Below, piece by piece: positions 14,017 through 25,687 of a stretch of 64,000 nt of DNA. How positions within the stretch are numbered: position 1 is the stretch's first letter; each line of letters opens with the position of its first letter. Origin of the DNA: Macrostomum hystrix (lineage: Eukaryota; Animalia; Platyhelminthes); assembly GCA_950097015.1 (NCBI GenBank), contig CATNEN010000001.1, positions 18,228,001-18,292,000 of the forward strand. Reading direction: 5' to 3'. Both the position numbers and the translations under genes were made by a program. The notes under the pieces were generated by a model. It saw only the letters and a list, made by a program, of their open reading frames with translations, did no database searches and was not told the DNA's origin.

Positions 14017-14412
14017 GGGGCGGATAGCTTGGTCAGTAAGGTGTCGGACTATGGATCAGATGGTCCTGGGTTAAACTCCCGACCTAGTCTAGAACTATGC
14101 GTGCAGCCTTTGGCAAGCTGCTTTGCCCTGATGTGCACACAGTCTACTCAGCTGCAAATGAGTACCGATATTTCGTCGGGTAATAATAATTCTGGCTGGC
14201 GTGGAATAAAGCAGTTCTGTGCGGCAATTCAGTGGGTTTGGATGCTGCCGATATGTTTGGAAAGAATAAATTCCATTGCTGACACGCGGCTGTCAACCGG
14301 TGTCCGAGAGGGCCGGGGAGTACATTAGGTGTGCAGTCCCCACCTGCTAGTGTGCTTGACACACAACACCTGCACTGGCCCTTGTGTCTAGTGTCATTAT
14401 TATTATTATTTT
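14017..14412 (+). mobile_element. tRNA-derived SINE family B, full length
   Basis: tRNA-like head (A-box GATAGCTTGGTCAG, B-box-like GGTTAAACTCC), (TTA)n tail, and a second similar copy at 36400-36667. Confidence 0.75.
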
Positions 14413-14419
14413 ACAGCTG

Positions 14420-14690
14420 GGTTGTAGCCCAGCAGTTAGAGCGTCAGACTCGCATCTTGAAGGTTGATGGTTCGATTCCTGACTCCTGTTTCTTTAAGAA
14501 ACAATTTGAAATTTGTGTCTCTAAGAAAGGCAATTAACTCTGAATTGCTTCAGTTCAGCTAGCTATTATATGGGTACCAGTATTAGCTGTGGTAACTTAT
14601 AGTGGGTGTAGCCTACCCCCAGTCGATGGACTGTACTGGCTGTAGTCCATAGCCGTACGCAGTCTTCAGATACGCCGCACAATAGTGACA
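14420..14690 (+). mobile_element. tRNA-derived SINE family A
   Basis: Head with TAGCCCAGCAGTTAG and GGTTCGATTCC boxes; body is the reverse complement of the copies at 14970-15155 and 22150-22340. Confidence 0.7.
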
Positions 14691-14969
14691 GTTGTAATTA
14701 GTTAATGGATTATTATTAATTTTATAACAGGGTGAACTGAAGCAAGCAAGTTAGGCCTCTTGCCAAAGGGCATAAGTTGTACCAGTAGAGTTAGGAATCA
14801 AACCCCCACCCTAATTCCCCCTGCCTCATCTATCCTATGTCTAATCCCTGCCCTTTCTCAGATTCCTACATTTAATACAGCCGTCGTCTTTTAGGTTCTG
14901 TAAGTGGCCCACTGGCTCATTGCCGACCCCTAGCTGCTAAATATACACTGGGGTCACTGGCTAGATTTG

Positions 14970-15155
14970 CAGCCGACAGCACAGCGGAGCTATTGCGCGG
15001 CTCATCTGAAGACTGCGTACAGCTGTACAGTCCATGGACTGGGGGGACACCACACCCACCTTTAATTATCCCAGCGAATGCTGGTACCATTTAACAGCTG
15101 GGTGAACTAAAGCAATGCAGAGTTAATTAAGTGTCTTGTTAAAGGACACAAATTG
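14970..15155 (-). mobile_element. SINE family A, 5'-truncated copy
   Basis: Closely similar to 22150-22340. Confidence 0.65.
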
Positions 15156-17533
15156 TCTCACATGAATGCAGCAGACCAAATAACCCTAGCTAGAACCAAC
15201 AGCTGGCAATAGCTAGTGAATGCTATAATTTTTATGACACTTTAGGGTCTGACATACAGAGATAGTATGTATGTTTAGTAAGCTTTTAAGTTAAAAAATA
15301 CATGCATAGTACCTTTTTAGACAAACTGAACCTGTACACATGTATTATTTAAACCAATGGCTCAATCAGTAGCTATCAATTTTGGGTTAGGTGTTAAGTA
15401 TTTCACAAAAAGATCATGATTAGTCAAGCACTTACTATGTGACCAGCAGTTCTCAGATGCACTGATGTAAGGAAAGCATTTGCTATAGGTAGTACTGCCT
15501 TAAGCCAGTCAAAAATGCCACCATTCCAGCTAGTGTGATAAGGACCTGTTTAAGAATGATGAATATTTTGAAAAACTTGTTATTATTAGCCATTTAAATT
15601 AGTCTGATAAAAAATGTTCGAGCTACAATTGAAAATTTAGTAACTCACCAGTCAGCTGAATTTATTTAATAGAAAAAACTCTTGCCGAACCTATAGTCCT
15701 TGTTTAATTTTCGTCTGTCATTCAATTTCTTTTATTTGTTCAATTCCTTCGAGATTCTTTTGATTGCTTCTCATTTGATTCCTCTGAGATTTCAGTGCCG
15801 AGTGCTCTTAAAAATCGATAATCTTACAAAGATCTGATCATACGAAGATACGAATTTAATTAAAACCAATTAATTTCAGGTCACTTAATATCAGGTCAAT
15901 TAATATCACTAATCTATAGTGATATCTGAACGTTTGAAACATCGAGTTCAGTGTAGACAGATTTGCATTGTTCAGTTTCACCCTGGTCTCTTAGTCCGCG
16001 GACTAGTGATATAATGAAGAAAAATAAAACGCAGCAGCCGCAGCAGCAGCAGCCGCAGCAGCATCAGCAGCAGCAGCACCAGTAGCAGCAGCAGCAGGGC
16101 CCTGGCTCACCGTGGCTTCTTGAGCCACACACGGTAGGCCAGGGCAGCCGAGTAGTGGTGTGGAAGGTGAAGGTAGGTGCCGGGGCATCTACCAACTTCA
16201 CCCCGCTCCGGCACCTACCTTCGGGCGGTGATAAATAAAAGGTTTGTTAAACCACGTACTTTTTGCTATTTTATACTAATGGTTCTTCGCAATTATTGAC
16301 AGTTTTTTTAAATAATTCTTAAAATATACTTTTAAACGTCCTAAAAAACTATACCCGGTTTTGCAGGTTTTACTTTCCTTAAAAAGTTCACATTGGTGCT
16401 AGGTGATAAAACTAAATATCTTTCTAGCCATTAGCTACACGTCATTGTTTAACATGCTGAAATTCACACCACAAATGCTAACACAAAATTACAATAAAGC
16501 AAAATGCATGCACTCACATTTAATGACAGTAGCTAAATGCTATAACGTTAGTCTTTTTGTCGTACGTGCCGCACTTCGTGTTTAACCATGCAGCTCATTC
16601 CATAAGCCAACCCCAAGCATTTGCTTAGAGTTGGATGCATGCCCTTGTTGCCTTTGGATAAAGCATTTATTAAAGGTGCATGTTTTTACTAAATAATGAT
16701 ATTTGCGCCTTAAAACTCATTTTCGCCTTTCAGAGCACTACACAAACTAATATTCAGAACGTACAGATCGATCTGCAGCGCAGCGCCATAGGATTCTTGG
16801 ATATCTATGCCTTCGTGTCTTTATTTATTTCACACTTATTTATTTATTACATGCACTGCATGCATTAAGAATTTATAAAATGCTTTAGCTTTGCACGACA
16901 ACAAACATATTTATTGAGCTATTGCACCTTGCTTTGTGTTTCTGCACTTAATATGCATGCATGCAATTAGCTTCTTAGAATCACTTTATATAATAATAGC
17001 TGGCTATATCGCATCTGTCCCTTAAAGGCTTGCTGAAATGTAGCTGAAGTTCATAGTTGACCAGGGATCAAATTTCAACCGAAAGCAAAAACTGTATACT
17101 GTCAAATTCCAATTTTAGTTTTCCCCGTTCCAGAAAATCCTGAGACGTGTGTTGCAAGGTGGTCGGCAGAAAATGTACCGACGATCGACATCGCTCTTAG
17201 CTTTTACCTCGGATGTACAGGTATGCAGTTACTAAAGGACTGCTTTTATAGGAAACAGTCGGTCTCAATTACATGTCTTCAAAATCAAGGCTTAATTACA
17301 GATGATAAGTCATGCATGGACAATATGAGAAAACACAAGAAAACAGAACAAAACATGACCGTGCCGTAAGAAACAATAATTTAGATGAGTGAAGTAGCGC
17401 AACTGACAATCAGACAATACGTGATGTAATTCGGAGTCATTGTCTGGATCATGTGATTTCTAGGGCAATGTAGGGATTTCTGAGGTATTAATTAAATTAT
17501 GGGATTTCTGATTTGGGTGTCATTTTGTCTCAG

Positions 17534-18316
17534 TCATTTTTCTAAAAAAAGTTTTACTTTCTCGTGGTCGAAGTGAAATTTGTAAAAGTGCTTGTCTCTT
17601 GGGTGGGTCTTGGTGATAAGCTTGTCCTCGTAGTAATGCCTCAGCGCTCGCTTCATCGTTTCAAAGCTCATGTCCCGCCGCTTGTGACTGCTCCAGGCCT
17701 CTGCTAGGCCGGTTGGGTTTAGAATTTGGAAAATGCCCTCCAGCTTGTTCTCCCAGCGCAAGCAGGGTGGCGACAGGTCAGCGACAGACGGAGTTTCGAG
17801 TAACTGGTACAGAAACTCCCACAGCCAAAAATTCCTGTCTGAGGTTGGGCAATGCTAAGTTTTGATAGCTAATTGTTGTTAAATACTAAAGATTCTCAAA
17901 TCCCAAATTTTCGCAGCTCAAAAACACTAACCGATGCCAGCACGCTTCTTCCTTGTTATTTTTATGACGCCTGGTGGCTGCACATGCGTTGGGAGATGCG
18001 AAGTGGGCGGATCAAGCGAATGAACCCAGCAAAGGGAGCAATCAATCGCCGAAGCATTCAGTCGCTGCTGCGGATGCTGTTGCTGTCCGATGGACCAGAT
18101 GGACTCCGATGCACTCATGGCCCCAGTGTCATCTTCGTTGGCAACCGGCTTGTACAAATCGAAGAGGGCAGCGCTTTCGTAAGATTGGAGGTCACTGAAT
18201 TCGCAGCGCATCACGGCGAAGTCCAAATTGTCTAGACTGCCCAGGTCATCGACGGGCTGGTAAGAATAAATGGGTTTGCGATTAGCTTGTCTCCCGTGAA
18301 CAATCAATCTAGACAC
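17534..18316 (-). CDS. ETS-domain transcription factor, ELF/E74-like. Exons (<=18316..17932) and 17838..17534; 93-bp GT-AG intron; true start uncertain
   Basis: Spliced product reads ...RKKRAGIDRNFWLWEFLYQLLE...LRWENKLEGIFQILNPTGLAEAWSSHKRRDMSFETMKRALRHYYEDKLITK...FYKF. It has the three ETS tryptophans and the RxxR recognition helix. Donor G|GTTAGT and acceptor CTCAG|AC join in frame. Confidence 0.9.
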
Positions 18317-18434
18317 TGTGTCCCATAGCTAGACAATCTAGCCACTCTCCGCAATCAAGTGTTGCTATAGTAACTGTCTTTCTAGCTATAAGCTAGCTAC
18401 CTAGAAAATCTACGAGATTTTAATTTACTCCTAG

Positions 18435-19174
18435 TGTTGTGCCGTGGTGTAATTTCACTGCTTAGCGATCTCAGGCTTGCAGTTGATTGGCGCACTGGGC
18501 ACTGTACTTTCCCTCCTCGGCTGTTTATGCTCCACTCACCCCAGTCTGTCGGGGCTCGCTGGCTTGGCTAGCTGCCCCACCCCTGTCAACGCGTCCCCCC
18601 AGCCTGATATCGCCCCACCCTCCCGCTTGCGTGACTACCTTTAAAACCCCAAGTGTTACCATGCTCGCGCAGCTGCTGATTGGTCCGGGCCGCCTCTCTC
18701 GCGCGCCGGCCAATCAGCAGCCTTCTCGCTGTTATCTTCTAAACTGGTTGTGTGGGTGGCCGGGTGGGCCCGGGGTAGCGATACCCGCGGCTTAGTCCGG
18801 CCAGCCTAAAATATATATTGGAGTGGCGCCGGTGAGGGGCTCCTTCGACCGTTTGCTCAACCCTAACCCTCCAACCGAATCTGAGACTAATTAAGATTGT
18901 ACCTTAAGGTAGTACCGACCGAGTCCCCCATCGGCGACCACCGCACAGTTAAAGTTGCAGTCTAAGAAACTGTTAAGTGAGTAACTTTGGTCTTTTTGTC
19001 ACTCATTTGCGGGTCTGGCTGGGACTGAACTGCGCCATAGGGACGGACTGATCAAGTCTCCTGACGCGACCCCACGCTCGGATTCCGAAGTCAGTCCGAC
19101 CAGCGGGCTGACGCCACCCTCGTGCTCGCTCACTGGAAGACAGGATCAGAAGGCGATCCGGCTTTGTCACAACA
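18435..19174 (+). mobile_element. Solo LTR (740 bp)
   Basis: 7-bp inverted termini TGTTGTG...CACAACA; 4-bp TSD CTAG (18431-18434 and 19175-19178); CCAAT boxes and a TATA-like AAATATATA near 18810. Confidence 0.75.
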
Positions 19175-19244
19175 CTAGTAGATACCCACTGTCTCCCATA
19201 GAACTACCAGTCACTGCCTCGAATCATAGATTTACCTTTAGGGA

Positions 19245-19348
19245 ACTGGGGGATCATTGTCAACTGTGGGATCATTGTCAACTGGGGGATCATTGTCAAC
19301 TGGGTGATCATTGTCAACTGGGGGATAATTGTCAACTGGGGGATCATA
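19245..19348. repeat. 18-bp tandem repeat (ACTGGGGGATCATTGTCA)n
   Basis: 5-6 tandem copies. Confidence 0.8.
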
Positions 19349-19667
19349 GTTATGGAATATTTAACAATTATAGAATAGTTAAACACGATTTAATTTGTTT
19401 TTTTTTTCATGCTTCTAAATCGCCCTTCTCTCCATCGCCTCTCTCACATTTCACTTGCTTGCTGACATCTCGTTTGCATCTCATCTCACTTAATCGGCCT
19501 CTACTTTTTACTCCCTCTTAATCCTCTCCTCTCTCATTAAGTTACTCAAAGAAAAACGATTACAGAAAAGGAAACTTTGCCCCTAAATCAGCTTTATACA
19601 ACCACACCATCCAATCGCACTCAATTGATTGACAAACCTCTAATCGACATACTGCTAGGGCGATTCG

Positions 19668-20272
19668 TTAAGATTGATCCACGCGTGAGTTGCCTTCGCC
19701 CTCTTCCTCGCTGTCGGAGAAGGATAATTCGACGTTGACCTCAGGGACAGCGCGTTTGTTAGTCTGAAAAATTAAACATTTTTAATATTTTCTCATTCAG
19801 AAACATGAGAATGTGCATAACAGAAATTAAGACGCGGGGCCTACATGCAAAGATTATAGTGGGAGATTATAGTTGCAGAGGGGAGAAGGAGAATACTTAG
19901 AAGGACAAGTTATTGAACAGGCAGGTAACATACATTATCATTCACCTGAAGTTCAGCCGTTGATGGAATTGCGCAAGAATGTCGCTTGAATCGGACTATA
20001 AGTCCCGGGCCAGTTTCGCAGGTCACCCTGACCTGATCAGCGCGTTGGGAAGTCTGGCAATGTATGCGTGCAATACGTGAGTGTACAATAGAAATATAAC
20101 AAAAGAATAAAGGAAAAGTTGTAAACTTTTTACAATCTCAAATAACCTGCTGCCTCTGAATTCTCACCTCATTGAGGGCGGTCGATACGCGCTTTAAACG
20201 AATTTTTAAACCGGGCGCTGCTGTGTCTGCACTTCCGCAGTCAGATATTAGCCACTGATCACTCATATCCAT
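19668..20272 (-). CDS. Predicted 3-exon small accessory protein (102 aa; 109 aa with the alternative donor at 20147). Exons 20272..20168, 20053..19946, 19763..19668
   Basis: ATG start; phase-0 canonical junctions GAG|GTGAGA, GCCAG|ACT, CAG|GTGAAT, TTTTCAG|ACT; exon lengths 105/108/96 nt with no internal stop. Product MDMSDQWLISDCGSADTAAPGLKIRLKRVSTALNE-TSQRADQVRVTCETGPGLIVRFKRHSCAIPSTAELQ-TNKRAVPEVNVELSFSDSEEEGEGNSRVDQS. Absent from the ORF track. Confidence 0.65.
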
Positions 20273-21134
20273 GAAATATTAAATACTTTTGTGATGAAAA
20301 TAAATCGCAAAATAATTTCCTGTGTAATGACTCTGAACAGGTTTGGGTGGGACCGATCAAGTGGGGTGGGGAGGGGAGCACACAGACTTGTTATTTCTAG
20401 AAGTTTCTAGAAGTTGTTATTTCTAGAAGTCTCTGGGAGCACAGACCAAATGGATAAGATAAGGCTTTCCTTCTGTCTGTGGTGGGGAGACCAGTCATCA
20501 GTTTATCCGTTTTTATTTGAGCTGCTCCTTCCTCTTTTGGCCGTGCAAGTCCTGTGACTATGCAGAAGAGCTCTACTAGCTAGATGTTTACCGTTTCTAG
20601 CAGTCACTTCAATTAATGGGAACTAAGTGATTCTGGAAGCATGCTTGTTGCTAAACACTAAGCTTCTAAGTCAATGAGTACGCGTACAATAAAAGCAATT
20701 ACGAAGATAATGACACGCTTTCGAATGCCTTATAATATTAAATTCGATTTAAGAATTTCGTAAAAATGTGCGAAAGAACAAAGTTTTGGCATTAAAGTGT
20801 CAACGCGTTCTTCAGGCAACGGACGGCAAGAAAAATGGACTCCTGTTATCGGAGACCACACACCGCCTCAAATAAACCTTATCGCTTATCATTCCCGGTA
20901 TTTTTTTTGCTATTCGGACTTTGCTGCTCAATATCTTAGTCTTGTCTCTGATCCGTACGTTTGAGTTCATACAGTGAGTTTATACTTCTGAGTTACATAC
21001 GAGTTTATGCTTGCAACTCTGGGAGTATACAGTGTTTTACATTTGTACATTTTTATGTCTGTAGTCAAATTGATGCAAAACATTAACAGTCAAAATTACA
21101 TTTGCTGACAAGGGTGGAACAGAATGCGATTCCA

Positions 21135-23577
21135 CTAATCAACACCAGAGAGAGGAATTACCAGCCATGCCTTTCCGGTCTTGCGCGGGAACAGAAAGCA
21201 CTTCCTGTGGGGAGTGCCAGTAACAAAAGATCGTGTTTTACAATAGACTCCGATACCCAGTTTTGAGGACGGATATGGACAGTCATACAAGTCCTTTTGC
21301 AGCGACGGAATATTGCCAGTTACATGGCCACCAAGAACAGAAGTAATCCGAACAACTGAGCCATTCACGATGCAACAGTTGTCGGGCATCTTAACAGAGT
21401 ACTTAATGGGCTGAATTGGGTTGCTGACTAGTAAGTCGCGAAGTGAAAGCATTTGATTTAGCAAGTAAGATGATACAAAGCGCGTTACTCGAAGGCGACC
21501 CTTTAAGTGAGAGAGGTAGTTCTCATATGGAAAGGCCGAAAAGTCGGACACATTTCCACGTTGCCTCGCGTATTGAAACAAGTGCAAAAGAACGTGAGCA
21601 TTGTGAGTCATGAAACTGTTGCCGTACAGTTGAGCTGCGTCATACACAAAAAGTTTCATGGCAGATTCAGCGGCATCAAGAAGTTCAGGCTGTGGGCTAT
21701 CAGAGCAAAGAACATAACAGGCAAAGTGAAATAGAAGAAAATGCCTGTACAACTCTGTTGGCAGAAATTTGCGAAAAAATACGGGCCCACATACAAAGTC
21801 CACGTGCGGAACTCGCTGGCTTTGAAATGTCCGAGTTCTCGGTTGATTCTCCGAGGGCGTCTTTGGAAATTTGTCGGTGTATATAGCGCACGTGATTCGG
21901 CAAAATCAGAAAGAGCGGAAACTTGATCCGGCCTAATTTTGCGCCGCTATCCGTCATCGACCGCAAAGAGGAAGGTGAAAAGACGCCTAGCGACGCCTAG
22001 AAAGAGCAGGTGCATTGGCTCCGGTGGGCAAGCATCACGTAGTTGCAAGCCTGGCAGTGACAGGAGCGGACTTGGTTCATGCCGCTGGTTGGATTCCCTA
22101 TAGTTGTTGGCGATAAAGTCTAGTAATAATAATAATTGATTACACCTGCCCCAATCGACAGCACAGCCGCAGCTAATGCGCGGCGCATCTGAAGGCTGCG
22201 TACGGCTGTTCAGTCCATGGACTGGGGGGACGCCACACCCACCTTCAATTACCCCAGCTAATGCTGGTACCTATTTAACAGCTGGGTGAACTGAAGCACT
22301 GCAGAGTTAAGTGTCTTGCTAAAGGACACAAAATTCGCAAAAGCACACACACATACACACAACCCCATGCACACACACGCACCTATTAAAACGGTAATCC
22401 TCAGCTGTGCGACACTCTCCGACTTCGACAGGGTAGACTATTCGCCGGTCGACCGTCTGGGCTACCACTCTGCAGTAGGGGCAGCCGTGATATGCGTTTT
22501 GGCCCAAAGTTGCGGTGATGAAGGACCGCGCTGGCGTGTCGCAAATGAACGTGATGTTCCTGATGTGGATTAGCACCCCATCAACTTCGACAAAGTCGGT
22601 CATGAAGGACTGCAGCTCCTTGAGGAAGTCGGCCAGGTACTCGGTAAGAGGTGGTTTACCCAACCCAGCATACACAGCAACAGGAAGTGGGCGACAGAAT
22701 CTCGAAAACTTAACGATAATAGGCCATGCCGCGTAATTTGACGAATTGTAAATCGGCATTCCGTCAATGCCAACATCAATGTCCAGTTCCAACCTTGCTC
22801 TGTCATTCTGGGTGGCTTCCGGATTTCCAAGATCCAACATGCCGCCGCGAATCAGGAACGTCAGGTTCGAAGCAATACCGATGTAGGAAAAGTGTCCACT
22901 ACCTATGGTGTACTTTTGTATTTGTACTGCTTCAGCCGAATGTTCTTTGCGCAGACGGTGCACTGTTCTTGCGACCGGCAGGCCTCGGCAGACTAGAGCA
23001 TTGAGCAGGAACTGCATCGCTCGATGTGAGATGTTGTAACGAACGAAGAATATTAGAAGCTCCTCATTCAGGCTCTCCAATGATGGCTTTGCTGTTTGGC
23101 CTGGGTCCCCATCTTCCGCATCTGTTGACAAGTGATCGGCGTAGTCGAACTCATCAGCCTCACTTTCGTCGAAAGCCTCGTTAATAGCTGATAAATGCAT
23201 GGGGTCACAGGCATTGACACCGGCACTGGTAGAATCAGGCCGCGATTCCTCAGGTGGAATGAGGCTTGCGCCATCTGCATGGGAAGATGCAACCTCCTGA
23301 TTGAAAATAATGAGGAAAAAAAGAAGACGATGAAACTGTGCATAAAATTCCAGGCAATCAATCAAACCTAGCACCCTGTCAATCCTGCCTGTCTGCCCCA
23401 CCCTCGTCAAATTTCTTCACAAACTTGCATGAAACTTAAATATAAACTCAATAAAAATTGAAAACTCACTTGGTCCATTTCTACATCACTGTCCGCAAAG
23501 TCAAGTAGGTGCTTTGTGAACCAATTTTGAAAGTTTCGTCGTGGGTTCGTGTCGCCTTTAGTCCGTCTTTTAGACAT
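21135..23577 (-). pseudogene. EnSpm/CACTA transposase, 3 exons (23577..23470, 23296..22383, 22097..21135), with one in-frame TAG near 21948 and one frameshift near 21785
   Basis: Motifs IDGMPIYNSS..AWPI, FICDTPARSF...GCPYC, EPMHLLFLGV, RRPRR...FKASEFR...LYVGP, THNAHVLLHL, FSAFPYENYL; in-frame GT-AG junctions. Confidence 0.88.
22150..22340 (-). mobile_element. SINE family A inside intron 2 of the transposase
   Basis: Homologous to 14500-14690 and 14970-15155; lies wholly within the predicted intron 22098-22382. Confidence 0.7.
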
Positions 23578-24561
23578 TTTGTATACCAGCTTATACATCT
23601 GTATATGCCTACATGGCAGGATATATGACATGTTTTTTACATGTCTACGAACCTGACCTGACGTTGTCTTAATACGTGAATCAGTTATCATATAAATGTG
23701 CAAATGGTTGTATCAGGATATGGCAACTAAAGAAATGTGATTCCGATTCAGACTGTCTATATGTCTGTCCTTTTAAATCTCAACAATTATTCACATACTT
23801 ACTATATAAAATATAAATATACAATATTCAATATACAATAATATACAATAGTTCGATTCCCGACTCCACTGAAACAATTTGTAGTACGTGTTTGTGAGGT
23901 ATAAAAATTATTCGTCTTCCTTTCTATTATTTTCCTACATGCTTTAGAAACGCGCTTAGTTATTTACGTTGAGTATAGTAAGTATAGTACACAATGATAT
24001 TTCTTGCTATGTATTTAAATTTGTAATTTTTTACCACATGTCTATGTTGCCTGTTGTGCGTTGTATTTCTGCAAAGGCATTTTATACTTTGCTTTCTGTA
24101 TTTTTGTATGAATTCTTCAATAATCCTAATTTTATAGCAAGTTCTGTCTTGCTTACTTCTATTTCAAGTTGTTCTTATTTTATAACTTGCAAATGTTTAA
24201 TGAATTGTCTTTTTCTGTTATATTGTATCTGTGAAATAATGAAATGAGTAACGTATTTGCAAATAAAAATTAATAAGAATATACGATGACATTCATTTTT
24301 TAAAGAAGAAAATTAAAATACTTTTGTTCATGTTTAATAAGTTATTTAAAGGAATACGAGAGAATAATTATTACGATTTTTCATTCAGAGCTACACTACT
24401 AATAGTAGTATTCACAACATTGTACAATGGTCCGAAATTGGTCCTCCGTCGGCCGACGGCGGACGTCCGCCGGACTAAATTTCTGCGTACAATAGACCAA
24501 AAGTCAAAGTCCGGCGGACCCAAAAAATCATCGTCCGCCGGACGATGTTTTTTACACCGGG

Positions 24562-24761
24562 CACTTCTACAGGAGACTAGACAGATCCGAGGCAAGGGGA
24601 ATCGGCGGCTACTTAATTCACCTCCGCCCCAAGCCTGGCCCTAAGATTAATGATTGTGTTCTGCGGCCAGCTGCTATGTGGGTCGCGATTATTTGGCTAC
24701 TAAAAATTGGAAAAATTCCGCTGGCTCACATTCCCACTCGATTCCCGCAGCACACTCCACA
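24562..24761 (-). repeat. Truncated 3' LTR (200 bp)
   Basis: Appears identical to 33472-33671; cut exactly at the CACTA right TIR. Confidence 0.85.
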
Positions 24762-25687
24762 CATCACTCCACCTTCGCTCACTTTCACGTAAGACACTTA
24801 CGTGCCTTCTGACAGTAGTAGCGGGGTGTCTCGAGAATCGAGGGAAAAAATGATAATAAGTACCTACAACATACTGTATAGAACCCTAAGAAGAATTCCG
24901 CTAGAGAAGAAATCCTAGATTATCGTACGTAAAATACTGCTATAAATAGATTTGTGCGAGAGTGCAAAACGGTCGGCGCCCCTAGCGACTAAGGGATAAA
25001 GTCCTGAGGGGAGGTGGGTGCGCATTCCGGCTGAGTTAAAGTTGTTCTCGTTGCCCAGGGGTGCCGTGTCCCGGCTCGCCTTCTCCTCCAGGTGGCTGCA
25101 GCTGTCCCCGTCTTTCCCTGCCCGGCTTGGTCTCGGTTGCGCAATCCTGGGAGGCTCCGGCCGTTTTCTTCTTAAGTCCGAGGGTCCGGCCGTACTCTTC
25201 TCCAGGTGGCTCCAGGTTGGTTGGCCCGTTCGCGCCTTCCCGATTCCGTTGCCGGGCCGTGGTAGCCTCTTGTTCGCCGCGCGCCCAGGTGTTCTCAGCT
25301 GGCTAGGCCCGAAAATTCTCGTCGGGCCGGTTGCCTAGCCGTTGCGCGCAGCCCAATCGGCGCTGCAGCTGGTTGCAGCTGGGAAAAACCGCTGCTCAGG
25401 CCGCTTTGCGATGCTGTTGCCGGCCGCAGGGTCTCCTCACCGAAAAGGTCAGGGCCCTAACAACTAAACTGTTACCATGGGCCCCATAAACTGGTTCTGC
25501 CCGGAATTCCCACTTTGTTCCCATTGGCTGGCGGTTAGACCGCCACGTCTCTCTAAATTAGCCCTATAAAAACAAACACTTGACGCCCCATTAACTTCAA
25601 GCCTGTTATCTCGTAAACAACTATCCGACTGCAATTTTCGCTAAGTTTCGGACATTATTGCTCGTGCACCAACCATTGCCCGCGATC

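Larger units (their letters stand above)
10561..24561 (-). mobile_element. CACTA/EnSpm (CMC superfamily) DNA transposon, ~14 kb, carrying cargo genes
   Basis: Left end CCCGGTGTAAAAAGCATCGTC (10561) and reverse complement of right end CCCGGTGTAAAAAACATCGTC (24561) match 20/21. Both ends have GTCCGA/GCCGACG/GGACGATG subterminal repeats (10561-11120, 24425-24561). EnSpm-type transposase inside. No TSD. Confidence 0.85.

Noticed and set aside
14017-14490. Functional tRNA genes (also 33811-33870 and 36590-36667)
   Set aside because: tRNA-like heads continue into repeated SINE bodies and lack a complete cloverleaf.
13580-15810. Further minus-strand candidate exons inside the CACTA element (~13585-13702, ~15648-15807)
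   Set aside because: Splice-like sites exist but no consistent open gene model could be assembled.
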